A stretch of 64,000 nucleotides of DNA from Candidatus Cloacimonas sp. (GTDB taxonomy: Bacteria > Cloacimonadota > Cloacimonadia > Cloacimonadales > Cloacimonadaceae), in the NCBI GenBank assembly GCA_039680785.1, contig JBDKSF010000068.1, positions 31,922 to 95,921 of the forward strand. Direction: 5' to 3'. Both the position numbers and the translations under genes were made by a program. Under the pieces are notes generated by a model. It was not told where the DNA came from. It did not search any database and saw nothing but the letters and a program-made list of their open reading frames with translations. Positions 56,903 to 64,000 of this stretch are shown in pieces. Positions within the stretch are counted from its first letter, which is position 1, and the number at the start of each line of letters is the position of its first letter.

Positions 56903-59814
56903 ATGCGTTGAGCCAATCGTTTTATCGAATCTTGTTTGATCAATCCCCTGTGTCTTTGTGGGTAGAAGATTTCAGAGAAATTAAAAGTGAAGTTCAGAAA
57001 CTTAAGCAGGATGGAATTGAAGATCTGCGTAAATACCTGACGGAGAATCCTGAAAAATTCGATGACTTGTTAGACAAACTGAAAGTAGTAGATGTGAATA
57101 ATACTACTCTGCGTATTTATAAGGCAGTGAATAAACGGGAGTTGCTGGATAATCTGCAGCTTATTTTTAAAGATGAAGCGCATAATGTTATGTTGGATTC
57201 GATCTTAGCGGTGGCAGAAGAGAAGGAATATTTTCAGGGGCAGGGCATTAACTATGACCTGAAAGGTAACAAACTCTATTTTAACATTTCTTGGAATATT
57301 CCTTTGGGCGAGCAAAAGGACTATGAAAGTGTAATTGTAGCTATGCAGGATATTACGAATCTTACTTTAACCAGCAACGAATTGGAAGAACGCGAGGCAT
57401 TATTTCGCTGTATTTTTGAACAGTCCTCGGATGGAATGATGCTGTTCCAAAAAGACGGTAAAGTGATTATGGCTAATGATACGATTGAGGAACATTTCGG
57501 TATTCCTGCCAATAAAATAATCGGTGAATATATCTGGAATATCTACAAAGAATTCAGTCAAATTGTAACTTTCGAACAATCAGACCTGATGAATAAAGAA
57601 AATGTTCTAAGAATCCTATCTGAACCTAACGAAGCATTTATGGAAATGGAATATTCCTTTACGGACAACCACCACAAAATTCATGCTCGCAAACAAACGA
57701 TTTTACCCATCTCTACAACTAAAGGAGATATATTTGCCTATATTTCCACAGACCTAACTCCTGCTTACCGTTCGGAAAAAGTAACCTCCATTCTGCATCA
57801 AATAAGCCATGCGGTAAATATTACGGAATCGTTGGAAGATTTATTTCAAATTATACATAAGGCAATTAGCACGATAATTGACGCCACCAATTTTTATATT
57901 GCCCTCTACGATGAAAAGAGCAATCTGATTACTTTTCCCTATCTGGTGGATGAAATGGAAGAAAGTAATTTTCCCGTTGTGGCTGATGATAGCCAATCAT
58001 TAACAGCACAAATAATTAGCGAAGCCAAAACACTGTTGCTGGATAGCAAAGAAATTGAAAGAAGGGTAAAAACTACTGGACTGGTGGGAGTTGAATGCAA
58101 AAACTTTTTGGGTATTCCCCTAATCCTTTCCGGAAAAGTGCTCGGCGCTTTAGTGGTGCAATCTTATCAAGATATCGATCTCTATGATGAAGAAGATAAA
58201 TTGCTGCTGGAATCAATCTCTGAACAGATAGCTTTCGCTTTGCATAAAAAGCAGGCGGATGAAAACATCAAAATCTTGGTTCAGGCAGTGGAACAAGCAG
58301 GTGAAGGCATCGTTATCTTCACGCCGGAAGGAGATATTCAATATGTAAATTCCATCTTTGAGAAAATAACCTCTTACCGCAGAATTGAGCTGTTGGGCAA
58401 ACCTTTTGAATATCTTCCTTTAAAATCCAACAACAATTTGGAAATTAAACAATCCTGGATGCGGGTTCGTTCTTCTCAGCCGTGGAGCGGAAAAGTTGAT
58501 ATGGTTCGTAAAGATGGTTCAACCGCTACTTTGGATATGGTGGTAAAACCTGTGATTGATAATGAGGGACGCCTCTCCAGTATCGTTGCCAGCTGTAAAG
58601 ACATTACTTATGAAATTTTACAGGAAGAACAAATGAAGAGGACTCAACGGCTGGAAGCTCTCGGTCGTTTAACTGGAGGCATCGCTCACGATTTTAATAA
58701 TATATTAAGCGCCATCATTGGCTATACTGAACTGGCTGCCGATGATTTACCTCCCGAAAGCGATGCTGCAATGAATTTGCTGGAAGTATTAAAATCATCC
58801 ACTCGCGCCAAAGAAATGATTCACCAGCTGATATCTTTTTCTCGTCAGGAAGAATCTAAATCGGAAGTAATAGAATTAGTGGATCATGTAAAAGAATCGG
58901 TGCGTTTTCTGAAGTCCTTTTTACCTCATTCCATAGAAATAAGAGAAAGGTATGCGGCTGATAAAAGTACCGTTTGGGCGGTTCCCAGCCAGATTCATCA
59001 GATTGTAATCAATTTGGGCACGAATTCTATGCATGCCATTAAAAGAGATGATGGTTACATAGATGTTTCCGTTGAGCCAGTTGCTTTTCGCAGCAGTGAT
59101 ATGCAGATGTTTCCTGAACTTGAACAAAGCCAATATCTGAAAATATCCGTGAGTGATAATGGAACTGGTATTGAGCCCTCCATTATAGACCGGATTTTTG
59201 ATCCCTATTTTACTACTAAAGGTGCCACCGATGGAACCGGTTTGGGACTTTCCATCGTGCATAGCATAATTCAGTCACACCATGGAGCTATCAGAGTGGA
59301 TAGTAAACCCGGAATCGGAACCACTTTTGATATCTATCTTCCTCTGTATATACAGGAACAAGCTAATCAGGAAGGAATGGAAGAAGACGAAGAAATTGAT
59401 TATAGCGGCACAGAGACCCTTATGTTCGTAGATGACGAACCAAGCTTAGTTTCCGTGTTCAGACAGGGTATGATGCGTTTGGGCTATAAAGTTGAGGGCT
59501 TTACAGATCCCCGTAAAGCACACGAATATTTTACTAAAAATCCCAATGCCGTGGATATCGTGATTACGGATACTACGATGCCTTATATGAATGGCGTAGA
59601 TTTGGCTGCCAAACTGATGTCCATCCGCCCCGATATTCCCATTATAATTTGCACCGGTTTTACCACCTTAATTTCGATGGAAGAAGCAAGACAGCGGGGA
59701 ATTCGTGATTTCATAATGAAGCCCTTCAAGATTAGAGATATCGCCACTCGGATCAGAGAAATATTGAATTTTGACAAGAGTAATAACGATGCGCCTGGAT
59801 CTCTTGCTGAATAA
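56899..59814 (+). CDS. cytoplasmic hybrid sensor histidine kinase/response regulator (PAS, GAF, PAS, HisKA, HATPase, REC)
   Basis: 'GGIAHDFNNIL', 'VINLGTNS', 'DNGTGI', 'YFTTK...GTGLGL', receiver 'FVDDE...ITDTTMP..NG...KPF'; no TM segments. Confidence 0.92.
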   Translation: MNALSQSFYRILFDQSPVSLWVEDFREIKSEVQKLKQDGIEDLRKYLTENPEKFDDLLDKLKVVDVNNTTLRIYKAVNKRELLDNLQLIFKDEAHNVMLDSILAVAEEKEYFQGQGINYDLKGNKLYFNISWNIPLGEQKDYESVIVAMQDITNLTLTSNELEEREALFRCIFEQSSDGMMLFQKDGKVIMANDTIEEHFGIPANKIIGEYIWNIYKEFSQIVTFEQSDLMNKENVLRILSEPNEAFMEMEYSFTDNHHKIHARKQTILPISTTKGDIFAYISTDLTPAYRSEKVTSILHQISHAVNITESLEDLFQIIHKAISTIIDATNFYIALYDEKSNLITFPYLVDEMEESNFPVVADDSQSLTAQIISEAKTLLLDSKEIERRVKTTGLVGVECKNFLGIPLILSGKVLGALVVQSYQDIDLYDEEDKLLLESISEQIAFALHKKQADENIKILVQAVEQAGEGIVIFTPEGDIQYVNSIFEKITSYRRIELLGKPFEYLPLKSNNNLEIKQSWMRVRSSQPWSGKVDMVRKDGSTATLDMVVKPVIDNEGRLSSIVASCKDITYEILQEEQMKRTQRLEALGRLTGGIAHDFNNILSAIIGYTELAADDLPPESDAAMNLLEVLKSSTRAKEMIHQLISFSRQEESKSEVIELVDHVKESVRFLKSFLPHSIEIRERYAADKSTVWAVPSQIHQIVINLGTNSMHAIKRDDGYIDVSVEPVAFRSSDMQMFPELEQSQYLKISVSDNGTGIEPSIIDRIFDPYFTTKGATDGTGLGLSIVHSIIQSHHGAIRVDSKPGIGTTFDIYLPLYIQEQANQEGMEEDEEIDYSGTETLMFVDDEPSLVSVFRQGMMRLGYKVEGFTDPRKAHEYFTKNPNAVDIVITDTTMPYMNGVDLAAKLMSIRPDIPIIICTGFTTLISMEEARQRGIRDFIMKPFKIRDIATRIREILNFDKSNNDAPGSLAE

Positions 59815-60049
59815 ACTCTGCCTTACCAAAACTCGCTCCATAGCTAAAACTGCTTGCGATAAGAACTTGGTATTGGTAAACAATAAACAGGCAAAAGCGG
59901 CAACCGATGTAAAAGAAGGAGATATTATTATCTTTCGGCTCTATAATGCGGAACACGAAATCCGGATCACTAAAATTCCGGAAGGCAATGTAGCTAAAAA
60001 GGACACTACAAAATATTACGAGATGTTACGCAAAGAAGATCTTTCCTGA
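59789..60049 (+). CDS. S4-domain RNA-binding protein (Hsp15/HslR-like)
   Basis: 'MRLDLLL....KTRSIAKTAC....VLVN...AK....VKEGDII'. Confidence 0.85.
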   Translation: MRLDLLLNKLCLTKTRSIAKTACDKNLVLVNNKQAKAATDVKEGDIIIFRLYNAEHEIRITKIPEGNVAKKDTTKYYEMLRKEDLS

Positions 60050-60118
60050 AAACAGGAGTATATTAAGTTGTTTTTATAAGTTGCTGACGCTTTTTGCGCT
60101 AAAAAAAGGATTGATAGC

Positions 60119-61015
60119 TTGCACAAATGCTATGTTATATTGCTCTTATTGCTTATCGGAGGATGCCTCTGTGCAAATTACACTCTGCAATTAAAGACCA
60201 ATAATCTTGCCGTTTATGCTCGCAATCCTGTTTCCGAACCGCTGAAAACTATGCTGCAAGCGCTGGATGGTAACATAGATTCGTTTCAGATGAATTTGGG
60301 TGTATATATCGACTATCCTGCCCCTCTTTTCCTAATGGAAAGTAATGAAGAATATCAAACTCTTGCTCTGGGAAAGGCAAAAATAGTGGAATTCAGCGAC
60401 GCTTTCTATAACGGAACCGAAAAAAGAATCTATGTGCGCCCCCTTGTTTCCATTCAGGAAAATCACCGTAAAGTGCTAATGCATGAATATATTCACTGGT
60501 ATCTGGAACAGATATTTTATCAGACGCCACTGTGGTTTCACGAAGGGATGGCAGTATATTATTCCAGACAATCAGATTTTGAACATTATGTTTATTTTCT
60601 GCAACAAAGCTTTTTCGGTAAACAAAGTGACCTGTTTCGGCTAAGCTATAACTATCCTGAAAAAAAGGAAGATTGGTCACTTTTTTATTTGTCTTCCAGT
60701 ATGGCAGTTCGCTATATGAACGAAAAAAATACGGAAAAATGGCAGAAATTTTGGGAACAAGCGGCGGAAAATAAAAGAAGTGGTATGCAAACCGCTTTCC
60801 CCGATTGTTTTACGATAACTTATAATACCTCTCTTTACGATTTTCATAAGAACTTTGCCAAATATGTAAAGCATTTAAGCTATCAGTATTTATTCTGGAG
60901 CATAAACGCTCTTTTGGCTATGATTTTACCTGTAGTGGTAATTATTGCCTGGCGAATTAGGAAAAAAAGACAGGCAGCGCTACCCGATTTGCCGTTACCC
61001 GAAGATGAAACATAA
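60119..61015 (+). CDS. peptidase MA-like (gluzincin) membrane-anchored metallohydrolase
   Basis: 'LMHEYIH...PLWFHEGMAVY'; signal peptide and C-terminal TM. Confidence 0.75.
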   Translation: MHKCYVILLLLLIGGCLCANYTLQLKTNNLAVYARNPVSEPLKTMLQALDGNIDSFQMNLGVYIDYPAPLFLMESNEEYQTLALGKAKIVEFSDAFYNGTEKRIYVRPLVSIQENHRKVLMHEYIHWYLEQIFYQTPLWFHEGMAVYYSRQSDFEHYVYFLQQSFFGKQSDLFRLSYNYPEKKEDWSLFYLSSSMAVRYMNEKNTEKWQKFWEQAAENKRSGMQTAFPDCFTITYNTSLYDFHKNFAKYVKHLSYQYLFWSINALLAMILPVVVIIAWRIRKKRQAALPDLPLPEDET

Positions 61016-61102
61016 AACTATAGCCAGAGCTTGCCAAAACTGCGTTAATGGTATCGTAAACACGATTTTCTCGCCGTTCCCTGCAATCCGAATTGGATAA
61101 CT

Positions 61103-61771
61103 ATGGAAAATCTCCAAACCCATCCCTATAAACCTTTTCTACCTGCAGAGGCAAATACCTTACTTTTAGGCAGTGCCCCTCCCTATCGTTTTTGTACCGG
61201 AAATGTCAATGACCTGAAAAATAAGGATATTAACTATTATTATGGTAGCAACAGCAACCTGCTTTGGGATATTCTGTTTTTGGCTCTTGAACCCGAAAAT
61301 AAGGATAGTATATCTTCTTTAAGGACATTAGAGAATGATAGGGAAAGCAGAACTGCTTATCAGGTGGAATTTATGCAGAACTTTCTCTCCAAATACAAAC
61401 TTGGAATGGCAGATATTCTGTTACGCTTCACTCGCCAAGGAACAAGCGCCGCGGATTTTAAACTGCAGGTTTTGGAATATCAGGATATTTGGGCAATTTT
61501 GCAGAGCCGCCCCACTCTCGAAAAAATTCTCTGCACCAGCAAAAACAGAGTTCATTATTGGTTAGTGGACTACCTCCAGCAAAAAGAAAAACTGGGCTTA
61601 GTGAAACTGGACGAAAACCAAACCAAACTAATCCTGCCAATTGATGTTCAGAGAGAAATAAAGATAGGCATTTTGCCTTCTCCTTCGGCAAGAAGTGTGA
61701 TGCGTTTTGCCAATAAAGAGGATTGCCTGCATCAGATAGCCAAAATTTACGCGCAAGAATTTAAAAGCTAA
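61103..61771 (+). CDS. uracil-DNA glycosylase superfamily protein
   Basis: 'HPYKPF', 'LLLGSAPP', 'YYYGSNSNLLWDIL', 'LPSPS'. Confidence 0.65.
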   Translation: MENLQTHPYKPFLPAEANTLLLGSAPPYRFCTGNVNDLKNKDINYYYGSNSNLLWDILFLALEPENKDSISSLRTLENDRESRTAYQVEFMQNFLSKYKLGMADILLRFTRQGTSAADFKLQVLEYQDIWAILQSRPTLEKILCTSKNRVHYWLVDYLQQKEKLGLVKLDENQTKLILPIDVQREIKIGILPSPSARSVMRFANKEDCLHQIAKIYAQEFKS

Positions 61772-61790
61772 AGCTACGCCTTTTACCAAT

Positions 61791-62018
61791 CAAGAAATCA
61801 AGCAGTGAATCAGCATATACAAAGCAAGAAATCAAGCAGCAAATCAGCATATACAAAGCAAGATATCAAGCAGTGAATCAGCATATACAAAGCAAGCAAT
61901 CAAGCAGTGAATCAGTATATACAAAGTAAGAAATCAAGCAGTGAATCAGTATATACAAAACAAGATATCAAGCAGCAAATCAGCATATACAAAGCAAGAA
62001 ATCAAGCAGTGAATCAGC
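61791..62018. repeat. 34-bp tandem repeat, 6.7 copies
   Basis: consensus CAAGAAATCAAGCAGTGAATCAGCATATACAAAG at 61791, 61825, 61859, 61893, 61927, 61961 and 61995 (partial). Confidence 0.95.
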
Positions 62019-62149
62019 GTCATTTACGATGTAATAGTCATTACTCTAATATATGGCTGGGTTTCACCTTTCCACTTTTTCACTTTTCCACCCTTCCACC
62101 TCTCGACTTCTCGACCCCCTGACCTCTCGACTTTTACACCTTTCCACCT

Positions 62150-62196
62150 TTTTCGGCGGAACGGCGTCCGCCGCTACCTAAAACTATCACTGGGTT
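62150..62196 (-). repeat. REP-like family C single copy
   Basis: TTTTCGGCGGAACGGCGTCCGCCGCTACCTAAAACTATC is the reverse complement of the 30667-30705 unit. Confidence 0.85.
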
Positions 62197-62200
62197 TTAC

Positions 62201-62296
62201 CTCTCGACCTCTCGACCTCTCGACCCCTCGACTTCTCGACTTCTCGACCTCTCGACTTCTCGACCTCTCGACCTCTCGACTTCTCGACCCCTCGAC
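62201..62296. repeat. 8-bp microsatellite (YYCTCGAC) x12 abutting the ftcD stop codon
   Basis: 12 consecutive octamers ending at 62296; TCA (stop on the minus strand) at 62297; more copies at about 62099-62132. Confidence 0.95.
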
Positions 62297-63970
62297 TCAT
62301 CCCCCCATCAACATCCCCAAAACATCTTTTTCTACATTATCACAAAGCAAATTACATTTTTCTAACAGGTCTTTTGCCTCGGTGAGGGTTTTCTGTTTAA
62401 AATCCTCATCTGTAATGCCTGGCAGGTTGATGAGGATATTGTAATAGGCAGATTGGGACGCACATTTAGCCGTTAAAGCAGCCACTCCGGCATCGGAAAG
62501 AGCATTGGCATTGCCTATTTTTGCTATTTGGGAAGCAAGTTCAGCGGAGGAAATTGCCAGGTGCATTGTTTCCAAAGGGGCATTAATTGCTGCCTGAGTG
62601 CATTTTTCTATTTGTGCTTTACGCAATTCCAATTCCGCCGTAGTTTTTTTGGGCAGACGCATTGCTTCCATCATTGCGTAAAAGGCATCTGTATCTTTAT
62701 CAATAACTTCCAATGCTTTTTGCTTAATTTCCTGACCCCAGGGAGCCAGTTTCATCGCTTCTGCGGTAACCTTTTCATAACCCTTTTTGCCAATGGTTAA
62801 ATTAGCTACCATAGATGAGAGAGCTCCACTCATTGCAGAACACAAAGCTGCCACACTTCCACCCCCGGGAGCGGGAGCATCCGTAGAAAGTAAATCGCAG
62901 AAAGCATCTATTTTCAGATTCACCAGCCGGTCTTTTTTGGCAATGGCGTATTCAATCACTTTTTTTTCTACATCGAAGGGTGCCAATTCTGCCAAGCCCA
63001 TTGATTGAATGGCTGTTTGCATAATCATTTTTTCCGGAATGCCAGTGCTTTCCTGCAAACGGTTTAAGTAAAATTTTCCCGCTTCTACCAAAGCGGCTTT
63101 GGGAATTAAACCAACCAGTTCACTGCCCGTAACTTGAATACCCATTTCACTTGCCAATTCCCGCACTTTTTCCAAAACCAGTTGAGGAGGAGTTATTTTA
63201 TAGTTAGTAAGATTTATGCTTATTTGGGCGCGGTCGTAACTTTCAATAAACCAGCCGACGGCTTTGCATTGAGTAAATAAACCAGGTAGATTTATGTTAT
63301 TTCCGTTTTCATCTTTAAGCAGTTTCCCATTTTTATCTTTTGCCGCTCTACCGCTTTCCCGAATTATTTGAGCTATTTCACTTGCCTTCTTTTTATCGCG
63401 AGTATTCAAATTTATGTTATAAGCAATCAGAAATTCTCTGGCTCCAATGGCTGTGGCTCCACTTTTGGCATTAAAAGAATGAGGCCCAAAATCCGGTTTC
63501 CAATAAGGGTCTTTGGCTTTTTCTGCCAAGGCCTCATATTCACCGCTGCGAATATTAGCCAGATTCTTCCATTCTTCTTTCGTAGCTGCATATTCATACA
63601 AGTAAACAGGTATGCCCAGTTCGTCACCCACTCTTTTGCCTAATTTTTTAGCATATTCAACGCATTCTTCCATAGTCATTTCCGAAATGGGAATAAAGGG
63701 ACAAACATCCGTTGCGCCCATTCTGGGATGAGCGCCTTTATGTTTACTCATATCGATCAGTTCGGCTGCTTTTTTAATTGCCTGAAACGCCGCTTCCATA
63801 ACTGCTTCTGGTTCTCCAGCTATGGTAAAAACAGTTCTATTGGTATCGGCGCCGGGATCAACATCCAGCAAAACCACGCTCTGCACACTTTTAATAGCGG
63901 AAGCAATTGCCTCCAACACGGTTTTATCTCTTCCTTCGCTAAAATTGGGAACGCATTCCATCAGTTTCAT
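62297..63970 (-). CDS. ftcD: glutamate formimidoyltransferase / formiminotetrahydrofolate cyclodeaminase (bifunctional)
   Basis: 'MECVPNFSEGRD', 'NRTVFT', 'HPRMGATDVCPFIP', 'GSELVGL', cyclodeaminase 'APAPGGGSVAAL', 'SDAGVA'. Confidence 0.93.
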   Translation of the reverse strand: MKLMECVPNFSEGRDKTVLEAIASAIKSVQSVVLLDVDPGADTNRTVFTIAGEPEAVMEAAFQAIKKAAELIDMSKHKGAHPRMGATDVCPFIPISEMTMEECVEYAKKLGKRVGDELGIPVYLYEYAATKEEWKNLANIRSGEYEALAEKAKDPYWKPDFGPHSFNAKSGATAIGAREFLIAYNINLNTRDKKKASEIAQIIRESGRAAKDKNGKLLKDENGNNINLPGLFTQCKAVGWFIESYDRAQISINLTNYKITPPQLVLEKVRELASEMGIQVTGSELVGLIPKAALVEAGKFYLNRLQESTGIPEKMIMQTAIQSMGLAELAPFDVEKKVIEYAIAKKDRLVNLKIDAFCDLLSTDAPAPGGGSVAALCSAMSGALSSMVANLTIGKKGYEKVTAEAMKLAPWGQEIKQKALEVIDKDTDAFYAMMEAMRLPKKTTAELELRKAQIEKCTQAAINAPLETMHLAISSAELASQIAKIGNANALSDAGVAALTAKCASQSAYYNILINLPGITDEDFKQKTLTEAKDLLEKCNLLCDNVEKDVLGMLMGG

Positions 63971-64000
63971 TTTTAAAAACCTCTATCTAATTTATTTTAT

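Noticed and set aside
61791-62018. 34-bp array as a CRISPR array
   Set aside because: Head-to-tail tandem copies with no spacers.

Overview
AT-rich chromosomal window from a diderm anaerobe. The gene content (BamD, several proteins with T9SS/FlgD-type C-terminal tails, gingipain-like C25 peptidase, FtcD, AckA, repeat-rich spacers) fits phylum Cloacimonadota (Ca. Cloacimonas-like); this is inference, not a database result. Housekeeping backbone: dxs-mnmE, obgE-dprA, rpmH-rnpA-yidD-yidC-jag, nadD-bamD, greA, four tRNAs (Ser-TGA, Ser-GCT, Gln-TTG, Gln-CTG), split class I fumarase, trmJ-like methyltransferase, ackA, ftcD. Accessory highlights: (1) a more AT-rich cassette just downstream of mnmE encoding a Zn-ribbon/NDT-TIR-like protein, a small 3-TM protein, a ThsB-like TIR, a second TIR and an HExxH protein, with no recognisable ThsA (candidate new Thoeris-like defence system); (2) a five-gene operon of unknown function with two paralogous DUF6754-type giant membrane proteins; (3) a DsbD/Omp28/TlpA/DUF6029/Omp28 extracytoplasmic thiol-redox operon; (4) several kb of intergenic DNA built from at least four families of palindromic REP-like units, including an inverted-REP element whose length grows in 36-bp steps. 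No transposase, integrase, cas gene or CRISPR array was found. Domain assignments come from motif recognition only; no HMM searches were run.
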